Notes under the pieces: model-generated
Databases searched by the model: none
What the model was told of the DNA's origin: nothing
What the model saw: only the letters and a program-made list of their open reading frames with translations
Part shown: in pieces, positions 1-11,695 of the stretch
How the letters are laid out: each line of letters starts with the position of its first letter
Position numbering within the stretch: the stretch's first letter is position 1
Translations under genes and position numbers: made by a program
Assembly (NCBI GenBank): GCA_008632985.1
Contig: QPGO01000003.1
Location: 930,001 to 968,865, forward strand
Source: Psammoneis japonica
Taxonomy: Eukaryota
Length of the DNA: 38,865 nucleotides
Direction of reading: 5' to 3'

Positions 1-546
1 ACACCTGTTCCCACTTTGGAAATGCCCCACTCTGCCACACTTGCCACTCATTGCACTCTTCATTGTCATCTGACACATGGTGTTTCTTTTTCATTGATCG
101 CACTGAGCATGCTTTTCTTCGCCCAGTCCTCCCATGGTCCTGCCCAGCCCATTCGCGCTTGCTGAACTTGCCATCTGCCATGTTTTTCCGCATCAGCCAT
201 GACACCTTGCTGCCACTTGCCATGTCCGCTTTCATGAGAAATTTTGCCTTTGGGAACAGCTCTCTCCGTGCCATCTCTTCCACCTCTCTCTTCAGCGATT
301 GGTGATCAGTGGCAGCCCCCAACCGCTGCAACACTGCTGTTGGCCTCGGGCCATTGGGCACTGCCTCTGCCCCTGCCGCATCCTTCTTTGCAGCTTTCTT
401 CCTCCTTGTTGACTCATTGCATCATTGTCAGTTCCTTCAGTTGCCAGAATCGTGTGGTGCAACAGGTCTTCAAAGGAAGACCGGCTTTGCACAATTTCAA
501 ACCTCTTTCTTGACACTCTGATGGTGACACTGCTTCCCCTCATCAT
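1..546 (-). pseudogene. Degenerate hypothetical ORF remnant running off the window start; probably an accessory gene of a transposon
   Basis: ORF 292..546(-) continues after a frame break into ...KREVEEMARRELFPKAKFLMK..., which looks protein-like. It lies in the TpA-depleted compartment. No family recognised. Confidence 0.3.
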
Positions 547-744
547 GCATTTTTAACTGGCATTTCTTTCCAAAACAATCACATTTGGCAATGTTCATGG
601 TTTTTTTTTTGAAAACAACATCCTTGGTTGCATTTGTTCAAATTCAAGAGATGAAATGTTCAGTTCAAACAGTGTGGTTAATTGTTGATGATGAACTTGA
701 CATGCAACTTGATTGTTGCATTTGAAACTTTTAACCACACAGAT

Positions 745-2030
745 TCATGCATGAACATCAATCCCTTTGAAGGGCTGAAGTTTGCACCCATGCACTCTTA
801 ACCTCTGATTGCTGCTTGGCGCCAAAATTGATCTCCAGTCCACTTCTTCCACAGCGTCCTCCTTGAAATGGACAATGACAAAATTGCTGCACCTTTCCTT
901 GCACGAGCAATCAGTCATGTGATCAAATGCATTTGTCACCTCACAAACACAACCAATGAAATGCTCGACATGATCATGATGGATCTTTTCTTTCTTCATT
1001 TTTAGATGATGTCTCCACCATTGTCTCTCCTTCTTGTCCCCACAATGACAGTTGGAATCCTCACCTGATTCCATTTTCTCAATGATCTCCAATGTCCAAT
1101 CATTGACCGCCCTTGGTGTCAATTCAAAGAACTCCAATTCATTGCACCGCCACAACCTGTGGGGTTTGTCTTGCATGAGTTGTTGCTCAAACAATTCCGC
1201 CAGCTTCCTGGCATCAAATGCAACACCCTTTCTCTCCACAACCAGTGAGTGCACACCTCCCAAACCATTGTCCAATGAAAGCAGTCCGCATCTCCCGCTT
1301 TGGTCCATTCCACAGGCAGGCAAGCCAATGGTTGAGTCTTCTCTCAATGCATCAACGTCTTGCTTGTCAATTGCCAAACAAAGCTTGCCCCCCCTTGACC
1401 CAGCAGCTAAAAGATCTAGCACCTCATTGTTGTGACAGTTGTTCGACCAAAAACGGTTTTCCTTGCCTGTCCGGGTGTGTTGCTGTTAAGCTCCAATGCT
1501 GCCGGGTTCTGTGAGCATTCCTTGCACGCTCAATGATCTCACTTGCATGCTCGTCATTGTTGTGAATGGAGAACATGGCGTGGGTGGCATGCATGTGTTC
1601 CCCCACTTCTTTGCTCCATTCCTGCATGTCCTCATGCACCTTGCTCATGATCCTGCCCTTGGTTTCCCACAATTCCTTCCATTTTTCCTTGACGGTTTGT
1701 TCTTCCCTCTCTGTGTTTTTCCAACAAATCTTCCAAATTCCATCAACAGATGGAGGGTCTTTGCCCAAGTCACTCCTTGAGATGCTGCTGCATGACCCAA
1801 TTAAACAAAACATGTCCATGCAGTCTCTTTGCAGGTGCGGGTCCCAGGAGTGTTCCTTCCTCCCCGTGCCAAACAAGCAACTTGGCTCTTCTCATCTCCA
1901 TCTTTTCTTCTTTTCTCTCTTGTTTCAGACTGTTCGCCTCTTCAAATTTCTTTGAGTGGTCATCAGGCCAGCGTGCCAGCAACAAATTGTTCTGGATGAC
2001 AGAATCCATGGTTGAACTGCAGGTCACTTG
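745..2030 (-). pseudogene. Degenerate, frameshifted hypothetical ORF (Lys/Glu-rich), divergent from the Plavaka-like transposase
   Basis: Chained minus-strand ORFs 1770..2027, 1424..1876 and 745..1422 have charged, protein-like composition and no Tyr. An AT-richer spacer follows at 550-745. Confidence 0.35.
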
Positions 2031-3941
2031 TCAAATTGTTGTGGTGCGGATGTTGCTCTTGATGCATTGAAACCATGCCAGCAGAGCCAACGGCCATGGA
2101 ATCACAGTTGTTTTTTTTACCGTGCATGCAAGGAAAAGAACTGACAGTGAGTGGTGACCACATTCCAACTCACTCTTTCCTTGGAATTGGCAACTCTCAC
2201 ATTGTCATCAATTGTTCAATCTGAAAGCATTTGATGACCCCAATGCATGCTTTTGACAGGGAACTGTGAAAGCACTCATTGATGCAAAGAAACAAATGAG
2301 CGCAATTTTTGCACCAATTTTGTGTCTTGTTTCCTGTTGCCCCTCACCACACACACCGTTTGCATGACCAAACCCAAGCAGGAACCATTTGCACCATTGT
2401 TCTCACCAATGCGCTGCTGTTTGTTGCCACAAAACCTGCAAAATGGAGCTGCTCAATTCCAACAATGAGGGTGAAGAAGCAACTGCCTGTCCTTGTTGCA
2501 AGCAGTCATTCCAGCGCATGCTTGGTCACTTAAATCGCAATCCACAATGCCTCTCTGTTGCTCATGAAATGGCAAACTTGGCGGGTCAAGATGCATCGTG
2601 ACCCGCCTTGTTTCCTGATGATTGAGTCAAAGTGGTTGGTCGGTGGAGCACCTCTGGGAATGCAAACATTTGGCACGGAAGTTCCAGGGGATTCAATTTG
2701 TCCTCATTGTCAAACGACACTTCCGCACATGGATTGAGACGATCCAGACAAGGAGCCTCTGTTTCCAATGTTTGCATGAGCAGTTCCACAGGGGCATCCA
2801 AACAACCATCTGACGCTCCATGGTCACCAGCATTCGAAGACAACATGTCCCCTCTCTCCTCCATCTGTGGCAAAGACAAGGACAATTTCATGTCACTGGA
2901 GATGCTTTCAGACAAAAGCAGCGATTCAGAAGCGAGCTCTTTTGCCGCACTTCCAGACATCACCATGGATTGCTCTGCCAACAATGAGGCAGATGATGTG
3001 CAATCATCTCAAGGGGATGGGTCCTCCCTGTTAGATGACAGCAGATTGGGCAAAATTTGCCAATGCCCAGCCGAGGTTGCCTTCACCGGCTTGTCATCAT
3101 TGAGCAACCCAAACAGGGCCTGTGCGGAGCTGAGCAAGCTGACAGATGACTGCAGAGCGCCGCTCCACCTGTGCGATGACATTGTCTCATTTGTCGAAGG
3201 GCGCTGCGGCATTGCATTCAAGCTTGGCACTAAAATGCCTTGTCGCGGTGCACTGATGGAAACTCTTTCCAAATCATTTCCCAGACTAGAACAAGAGATG
3301 ATCCCGGTCAACCTGGAAAATGCCAGTGGCCAATGTGGTGTGAAAACGGCAATGGTGCCACGATGGAACTTCAAAGAAGTGCGCCAATCACACATGTCAG
3401 ACACTCACACATGGGTGAAGAAAAGCAATCTTGCAGACCCAGCCCATCCTTTTGGCATGTGTGTTGCCAAGGGCTCAGATGACAAATGCATCTTGGCCGG
3501 AGAGTGGCACAGGAGCATGCATTTGGCTGGAGTCAAGGATCCACTGAAACAGTTCCTGGAAAGTTTGACAGTTTGTGTTGACAAGACAGCACAGACAGCT
3601 TTGATGGGATCTTCTTGTGGAGAATCTGTGACAGTGACCTCAGTGCATGTGGCTTTCAAACAGTGGCACAACAAGGCAAAGTGGCTTCTGCAGCCAAACA
3701 GCAGTCCAATGCGTGCAAGTTGGAAAAGGGGCAAAGTCTTCATGACCACCACAAGCTTTTAAAAACCACACTTCAGCCTCTGCTTGATGCAATGGAGTGG
3801 GGCGGCTTCAGGTGTCATGTGCAATGAGGAGATGAGATCCGTTCCCTGCATGTGATTCCAACCACAATCCTGATCAACGGGGGTGCAAAGAGTGGAGACT
3901 GCCCAGTGGGAAGGTGCGGTGCAAAGAGTTGTCATCAACGT

Positions 3942-4118
3942 TCATGGACTGGCGGCATCAGGACAATTTAATGGACATCTAGGACAGATGACAATCGTGT
4001 GCTAGATGAGAAAGAAAGTGAGCAAAGGAGAGATCATCGGATCTCTCCATGCTGTCTGTGCCAGTCTGCCAGTCTGTCCAACACAAGGGAGTGCACTCCC
4101 CATCTCGGATGTCTGTCA
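3942..4118 (-). repeat. 3' LTR (177 bp; carries an extra 8-bp CCAGTCTG duplication)
   Basis: Aligns end to end with 6406-6574. Confidence 0.9.
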
Positions 4119-4127
4119 CCCTCCCCT
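4119..4127 (-). promoter_or_regulatory. Polypurine tract
   Basis: AGGGGAGGG immediately upstream of the TG of the 3' LTR on the minus strand. Confidence 0.75.
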
Positions 4128-4147
4128 GATGAGCAATGCAATGCTCA

Positions 4148-6206
4148 TCAAGAAAAGAAGCGACAATCCAAATAAAATGAGAGGACCAGAACAGCAGAAC
4201 AAAGAAGAGCGCCAAAAGAAATGGCCAAGACTTGGTCCACAGACACAACAACAACCAACAATGATGTCCCATCAAGTGACGAGCATGTCGGGAATGAAAC
4301 ATCCACCCCGCGATCAACGCATCGGTCTTCGACAAAAAATGTCAAAGGCAGTTCCCAACAAATCTTTTGGATGAATTGAGTCATGCACCAAAGAACAATT
4401 TCGTCAATCCACAAACAATCGACTGCAATGGGACATTCTGGCAAGTCATCCTGTCGCCAAAATTCATCGGAAGAGATGGGGCCAAAAATTGGAAATCCAC
4501 CATTGCAAGTGACACGTTGAAAATGAAGCAACAGCATCCCACCTGGCAAACCAACACTTCTGCCACACTTTGTGTTGCCCTTGAAAAACACATTGGAGAA
4601 ACAAAATGCATCACAAAAAAGCTCAACATCAGAAGAACAGTGACGCATCACAGGTGAGGATTGCACGGCATTCAAAACATGGTCATCAAGCAAGGCATCT
4701 TGGTGGAAAGCAGAATTCTCAACAGCCTGACATGCATCCTCTGCGCCACAGGAATCCCTCCCCTGATCAATGAATGCAGGGTCATCATCGGGGATGGTCG
4801 ACAGGTCAGGAGTGCCAGGAAAAATGCCATTTGACACAACAATGGTCTTGACAGCAAAGGAAAGAGGTGACACTGGAAGAGTTGGTGTGATGGTCAAGCT
4901 TGCACACTTCCTCTGCACAATGTTGCTCCCTCCCTTGATCAGAAAAGGAAGAATCATCATCAGCAATGGTGGACAGGTCCGGAGCACCATGGAAAGTGCA
5001 CACACGACAACGGTCCTGACAACAGAGGAAAGAGACGTGGCAGCAGAAGGTGGTGAGACGCCGTGGCCCTCTTTCACAACCACCCTGCTTCTGTTGGTCT
5101 TGCTTGGACAACAGAAGGAATGACGGCATCACACATCTGAAATTGATGATGGCCAAACCAAAAATCCAAGTGCAAATTAACTTGACAACCAACAGATGAC
5201 AGTGGCGCATGGGTGGCAAGCAGCTTGGGTGCAACCTTGGCAACAGAGGGCAGTCCATCCTGGAGGTGAATGTGACCATCTTTGTGTGGAACAATGGGTT
5301 GGCCAGAAGCAAAAAAATTCAGGGTCTTGTGCAGGCAGGAGCAGACGTTGGCAGGAAGCACCATTGATTTGGCAGGAAGTTCGAGGGATCCAGCATCAAC
5401 AACTGCAGATGGCTTGTCCTCAGGCTCCACAACAGACACAGCAGACTTGACATTCAAGGAAGTGGTGTCCACAGGGTCCATCTGAGCATCCATGGCGAGT
5501 GCATCTGTGACATGAGATGCAACAGTGGCGCCAGTGTCACATGCAGTGGACCCAGCAACTGGGCACAATTTGCACTCAGTGTGTGCATGAGAAAGCAAAA
5601 AAATCTTCAACCCATTGGTCATGGCTTGCCTGTGCTCTTTTGGACCAGGTGAATGAGTGGCCAAGGTTTTGGCAAGATCTTCAGGAGTGGGTCCTGCAGT
5701 GGCAGATGACGGAGGTGAAGAACTTGGGGCAGACAATGAGTTTGGATGCAGGACATCAAGGATGTCATCCCAACAATCACAACACTGAAAACCAGGACGA
5801 AAATGGAGACGAGTGGTCCCAACATGTGTCGTTGTGGTGTCATGACCTTCCGAAATTGCTTTGATCATAGATTGGCAAGATTCAGACCAACCTGAGAACC
5901 TTGAGGAGTGGCCACAAAGAGAGGAGTCTTGTCTGTGAATGGTCCAATGCACGTGAGATCTTTGGTCAGTGCAGCTTGGGGAATGACAAGGTTCTGAACG
6001 ACCTCATGACAGAAAACAGCAGCGGCATTGCTCTTGAGGCCTTGAGGAGCAAATCCATCTAGAAGTTCTTCAGGAGCAGGCATCTTGTCGGAACAAAGGA
6101 CGCTCAGGCAATGATGGGCTTCAGGTGAGTGATGCTGAGGGTTGAACTCAACCAGCGTCGACTTGATCTTGGTCAAATCGACGGCAGCTTGGTTTTTGTT
6201 CACCAT
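4148..6206 (-). pseudogene. Frameshifted internal ORF of the LTR element; no RT, integrase or protease motif seen
   Basis: Starts MVNKNQAAVDL at 6206 and continues through ORFs 5074..5952, 4806..5312 and 4148..5083. Contains an internal duplication: FLCCQD...APDLSTIADDDSSFSDQGR / FLCCQD...TPDLSTIPDDDPAFIDQGR. Confidence 0.5.
4755..5060. repeat. Diverged tandem duplication, period ~175 bp, inside the LTR element ORF
   Basis: TCCCCTGATCA...TCATCATC...ATGGTCGACAGGTCAGGAG (~4759) versus TCCCTTGATCA...TCATCATC...ATGGTGGACAGGTCCGGAG (~4931). Confidence 0.7.
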
Positions 6207-6395
6207 GGTTGTGTGGAAAAAATCAAATTTCCACGTGGAGCTCTGGCATGTGTTCTGCGGTGGTCGTCCGATCACAAATCAAGAGGCAAAAAAACAGCTG
6301 CGACAATGATGATGATTTCAACAAAGAGAGGTTGCCAAGTCACACAACGGGCGTTGCAGCAGAGGAGCACAGAGGAAGAGGAACAGCGCACTGCT

Positions 6396-6405
6396 GCTCA
6401 CAACC
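6396..6405 (-). promoter_or_regulatory. Primer-binding site, tRNA-iMet anticodon-arm type (Ty5/copia style)
   Basis: Minus strand GGTTGTGAGC abuts the 5' LTR and matches the Ty5-type PBS GGTTATGAGC except for one TA->TG change. Confidence 0.7.
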
Positions 6406-6574
6406 TTGCAGACTGGCGGTGTCAGGACAATCTAACGGACATCTGGGACAGATGACAATCGTGTGCTAGATGAGAAAGAAAGTGAGCAAAGGAGAGATCA
6501 TCGGATCTCTCCATGCTGTCTGTGCCAGTCTGTCCGACACAAGGGAGTGTGCTCCCCATCTCGGATGTCTGTCA
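6406..6574 (-). repeat. 5' LTR (169 bp)
   Basis: Aligns end to end with 3942-4118. Confidence 0.9.
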
Positions 6575-6940
6575 AATGTTGCTCCCGTTTTTGCATGATG
6601 GGATGCAACGACCTTGACGACCCTTGGAAGGAATGCAAGCTGGTCCATGCTGGCAACTTGTTGCAAGTTCAGGACAAGGCCAATGACAAAAGTCTTGATG
6701 ACAGAAAGAGGAGTCACTGGAGGGAACAACTGCGCCACATGAAGCAACACAATGTTTCGACCAACAGCTTGCTGGGTGCGGACTTTGGCGAGCAACCATT
6801 TGGGGTCACTCTTTCCATGACCAGCGACATGATGCACCCACATGAAAATGACACTCTGAAAAGGGAGACAGGTGTGTTTGCAGACAGCATGACTGACTCG
6901 GTGAGAAGCGAGGCAGGGCGGGCTCCAGCCCCAGTGGCCG

Positions 6941-9900
6941 CCCGTTCTGATGTGACGACTTTCTTTGTGTGACATGTTACATCAATTTTCCAGTGAAAAA
7001 GTGTGTAGAATTCTGCTTTGATGTGACTCTTCATGTGCTTTTGTGCCAGCTTTCTGTGTGTCAGTCAATGTGTTTGGCTGCATTCCTGGGTGTGTCTGAT
7101 TTGTCACCACAGCGACCTCTGCAAAATCTCGATCGGATGTTGCGCCAAAAAAGCCAAATGCTTGGATCAATGCAATGAGGTTGAGGCAACAATGCAATGA
7201 GGTCAAAGGATGCAAATGGCGTTGAACTGTTTTTCTTGCACTTCTTCTGCCTTGCCCCACCTCATGCTGGGCCATCCACTGAGAGTGTTGAGCTCTCACA
7301 TCAGCTGTGATGTTGCCTTTCTTCTCACCATTGCACCTCACCATTTTGCACTCACTTTGCTTGTGCATGTCCAAGCGCTGGTCTGTCTTACAAAGGGGTG
7401 CACCACACCCAGAACAATGCCAACAAGTGACGCCCCTTGTGTTTTTGTTGCTGGCAGGTCCAACCAACCGACACATCCAACATGTTTTCTGGAGCACAGA
7501 TCCCGTGTGCCACTGTCCATGCTTTGTTTGCTCCTTCTTGGTTGCAGCTCTTGTTGTTGCACCGTCACTGTTGGCAACTCGAACGAGCTGAATGTTTTTG
7601 TTTGAATCGATGTGCCGAACCCCAGCAGCTGCACAGTGAGTGTCGTGCTCACTCAGTTTCTTGAGGTGTTTGCACATTGAGTCTGCAAACTTGCAAACAC
7701 TCATTTCACCACACTTGTTCTCATCATAATTTCGATGCATGTGGCGACAATCAATGATGCATTCACCTGTCAGAGTTGTCAGCAATTGGAGCCAGCAATC
7801 TTTTGCAGGCCGTGCTTTCTCCAGTGCAAGAATGGCCTGTCGTTGTTTGTTGTGTTCATCGATCAATGGCGGACATTCATGAATGAAATCCGCAAGCCTG
7901 GGACGCGGCAGCTCCTTTGATTCAATGCTTCCATGCTCATCTTTACAATTGGAAACATGGGGCTTGTCAGCTGGAAAAGTGAGACTGCAAGTGGACACCA
8001 TGTGCGCCACACTCGAGTTGCTCCAGGCATGCACCAACGCAACAATTGGTGTCTCGGATGTGGTTGTCGACACAACAACCCAATGACCCAAAAGATGCCC
8101 ACCGTCTTCACCACACCATGCCACTGAAATGTGCTCCAAGTGTTTCTTTGGGCAGAACTTGGCATTGTTCTTGACGATGAATGTTGAATGCGTGCCAAGA
8201 TTCTTGTGCAATTCTGTGCAAGATGGAACACTCCCAAACCAGGCATCTCCACCAACCCAGGAGACTGATTCTCCATTCTCACCTTTTGCACCCTCAACTT
8301 GCCAGAGGGCCTCAGCAGCATGAGCTTGCATGGGGGAGTCATCCGGCAAATGTGATTGTTCCCCAAACCATTTCTTTGCCTGTTGCTTTTCTGGCTGCTG
8401 AACAATGTCTTGGTGGATGAGAATCCCCGAGATGCACTCAATGCCATTTTTGAACATGGTGCCAAGTGGCACTGGCTTCCTCGGCTCAAAGGCACAATTT
8501 GGCAGGCCACCAAACTTTGAGGTGTGCGGCGTCCAAGCAGACATTGACTCACCCAACATCAACCGCACAACAGCCTTGAGCAGCGCCCAAGGCTTTTTGT
8601 TCATCGACATCATGCATGGCAAAAATGCATCCCATGGTGCATCACACTTGTCAAGATGCCAATGCTTTTTGTCCACCCATGCACACGTGGCAGCGCTCTT
8701 CCAACACTTGAACACCTTCATGTTGATGCACTGTCCAAAATCTTGGTGCTTGCTCAAGCCGTCTGATTGCCCTTTTTTCCACAAATTCTCTGCACCATTC
8801 TCAACCTGTGTCACACCAGCAATCAGAAGAGTGCAGCACTGCTTCACAAACCAATCAGGATCTTCCACCTTCTCGTCACAAAATTTTCGACCAAGCATCT
8901 TGTGAGTGTCATGATGCGGCACCCTTTCATCATCCAGGCACTCATCAACAATTTTTGCATGTCCTGTAACATCAGGGAAGAGATGCTCAAAGAATGCATC
9001 AACAATTGGATTTTCGAAGTTCACGTGACTCAACTTTGGGCCCGGCGTGGTTGGAACAGTGAACGGCGATTCGGTGATGCACTCCATCTCACCGCGCACT
9101 TTCCACACTGTCATTTGGTTGGTGCATCCCTCACGCCCATGCGGCATGCTCACGGATTCCTTCTTGGAGATCTCTTCATCTGCAAGTTTCAAAAAATCAG
9201 CAAGATGCTGCTGCTCCGGTGACAGTTTCTTGGGTTTCTTTGGGGGAGGCTCTGCATCATCAAACTCATCAAATGGCAACTCTTCCTTGCCATTCTTGAC
9301 AACTTTCACATTTTTGCTAACAACAAGCACATGTTTTTCATCCTCAGGAAGAATGTCAAAATCAATTTTCCACCCGGTGGTTGAATTTCCGGCTTTGATG
9401 GTTCCACAAAAAAGCACTTGGTTTCCTGCCACTTTTGGCATGCACTGCCTCTGTGTGTCTGTCACCAGGGCATGAAACAAGCAATGCCGTGTCACTTTGC
9501 ACCACTTGCCGATTCCCATTCAGCCACCGCCAGGGCCAGTGCACTTCTTGTTCTTTCTTGAAGTCATGGGATGTGTTTTTGAAGATTTGTTGCTGCCATT
9601 GCTTGCTGGTGGGCCCAAGTCTCCCTCATTGTTGTCATCGCGCTGCGCACGTGCTCCAGGAGACCTGTTGCGTTTTGCTGTTTGGGCATGTCACCTCTCT
9701 CCAAAGTTGGGGCTGCATGAGTTGTCGTCAAAGGAGGTGGAACAACTGTGTCAGGTGGAGAAACTGGTGAATGAGCTTCAACGGGGCCGTCGGGAGCATT
9801 CACGTCGGACGTCATGGTTGATTCGAGCAAAAAAAATTTGTTGGACGCACCATGAAAGCGGCACGATGACATCAACAAAACCTTGCAAGATTCTGAAGTT

Positions 9901-10059
9901 TCTTGCCTTGTGCCCCTCTTCCATTGAACATTGGCTTGCAGCTGAGCAACAATCAAAAGTCCAAAGAGCTTTGGACAAAGTTGCACAGAGTTTCCAAAAA
10001 TGGCCATTTTTGATGTGATGTTTGATGTGACATTTTCAAAAAAATCACATCAGAATGGG
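6941..10059 (-). mobile_element. piggyBac-superfamily DNA transposon (dead), 3.1 kb, with 15-bp TIRs
   Basis: Left TIR CCCGTTCTGATGTGA (6941-6955); right TIR is the reverse complement of CCCATTCTGATGTGA (10045-10059). Subterminal TGATGTGA repeats at both ends. Encloses a piggyBac-type transposase. The canonical TTAA flanks are not present. Confidence 0.85.
6982..9519 (-). pseudogene. piggyBac-like transposase (DDE_Tnp_1_7 type) with C-terminal Cys-rich domain; true N-terminus probably at ATG 9815 across a frame break
   Basis: Motifs L(G)ESMSAW.P....GGLP...F.PRKP.PLG, GDAWFGSV, IDEHNKQRQ..LALEK and CWMC...CWHCSGC..PLC. The first catalytic Asp (DES) reads Gly. Only one Tyr in 845 aa. Confidence 0.85.
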
Positions 10060-11695
10060 TGACCTGGGCGGGCATGGCCTTTGTCTTTTGCCTGTTGTTG
10101 CTGATGAAGGAGGGTCGTGAGGCATGTGTCCCTTGCTTCAGCAAGGAAGACACAGAGGAACCATCTGTTCCCTTGGGCCACCGCATGCCAAAATTCCAAA
10201 TGGACCATCACTGCATTCCCCAAGAGTGCAATCTGAATGGCAACCATCTGCCAGGCAAGGGGGAATCTGGTGACGATGCATCCGATGGTCCCTGCAAGAC
10301 TGACCATTCTGTGAGAAGCAGCAACAATGATTCAGAAAATGATGGAGAGGGCAAGCGCAAGTGCACCAACAAAAAGAGACACCCAATTAGATGCAGCATT
10401 TGCCAGCACATCAAGTCACTTGAAGACATGCCTGCATTTCATGTGTGGTGCAAGCTGGGCAACCCGCCTGGTGACAGAAACGACCTTCACAAGACATTGA
10501 AAAAAAATCGATTGCTGATCACTTGCACAGTCCATTTCTCCCCAAGGCACAAAGGTGTGGGGTGGAAGCTGCAAAAAACTCCATGAGTTGATGCACTTGC
10601 CCACATTCCTGTTCTTCTTCTGCCATGCCATGAATTTTGACACTGATGTTGGTGAACCACTGTTGAAGGACTTTTTCAAATTGCCATTGGCAATGGCTCA
10701 ACAGTGCAGCTTTGATGTCTTCTCAGGCCAGGTTGCATCTTGCACGGAAGACCAAATGAGAGTGCATCATGCCATCTCTGCTGATCCATGGATCGCAAAC
10801 AAGGTGGATCACAAAATCTGTTTGGTGGGTGAGTTGGTGCAACACCATCTGGGTGGGTCCTCACACTTGTTGAAGCACAATGCAGCAAACAAGGCTGTTT
10901 CATTCCTCTGGATGGGGAAACAAAAACAATGCCAGGTGCACCCAGTGCTCCTGAACTTTGCAGGCAAAAAGTGGAAGGACTGTGTTGGTGACCAAGAGAG
11001 CCAATCCAAAAGCATTCTTTGCAAAACTGAGCATTGCAACAAAAACAGAATGGACACTTGCCATGCACACCCAGACTGCAGCAGTGAAGGCACCATTCAC
11101 GACTGGGCAAATGTTGACTTTGGCACTCAGCGCAGTGATTTGTTCTTCCCTTCATGGCTTCATTCTTTCTTTCAAAGAGATTCAATGGTGAGTTGTTTGC
11201 AATTGTTCATCCTCCTTGCACTCACCAGGTGGACAAGTGCACCATGGTGGAATGCCTGCAACACACCAACCTTGTCAGTCATTGGCAATTGGACCAAGTA
11301 AAAAACCAAGATTTGTCCACACCGAAAAAAACAATTTGTTCTCCAAAACCATTTTTGGTTCCCATTGAAGCAGTTGGAGACAAATTGCTGGTTTGCGAGG
11401 AGCAACCATGCATTTTTGAGTCACACGACAGGACAAAGCACATTTGGGCAACTCAAGACAGGAGAAAAACATGGGCGGACAAGTTTCACAAAAGTGCGTG
11501 ATGGCAGTTTTGACACTGACAAATGAAAACAGCAATGTAAAATTTGACAGTGTGATGGAGCATCACATTTTCCAGGACATGCGCAATTTTGGAAACCCAC
11601 AACAAAACCAGGACAAGGATCACTCACCCAATTTAAGGAATTGCAGTTGCACCTGAAACAGAGCAAGTGGAATTCACAATCCTTGCACGGCAATG

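Larger units (their letters stand above)
3942..6574 (-). mobile_element. Non-autonomous Copia-type LTR retroelement (2.63 kb) with 5-bp target site duplication
   Basis: Direct repeats 3942-4118 and 6406-6574 start TG on the minus strand. PBS-like GGTTGTGAGC follows the 5' LTR and PPT AGGGGAGGG precedes the 3' LTR. TSD is AACGT (3937-3941) / AATGT (6575-6579). Removing the element restores the host frame CAA CGT TGC TCC CGT TTT TGC. Confidence 0.88.
2443..11501 (+). mobile_element. Dead Plavaka/CACTA(EnSpm)-like transposase gene in three pieces (2443-3941, 6575-~6930, 10060-11501), split by two nested insertions
   Basis: N-terminal CPCCKxxFxxMLxH zinc-finger-like motif; LTVCVDKT...GESVTVT; GRCG...RCSRFC...LDDP; FGEQPFG...DMMH; C-terminal CHAHPDC..EG..HDWANVDF. 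These resemble recalled motifs (YxDKT, YRAHPxY, YDWA) of Plavaka-like elements, with Y replaced by C/H. The frame is restored across the LTR insertion. Confidence 0.55.

Noticed and set aside
3942..6574. ADAR-type editing of retroelement RNA
   Set aside because: That would be strand-specific, limited to retroelements and largely copied into both LTRs. Here both strands, DNA transposons and individual LTRs are affected.
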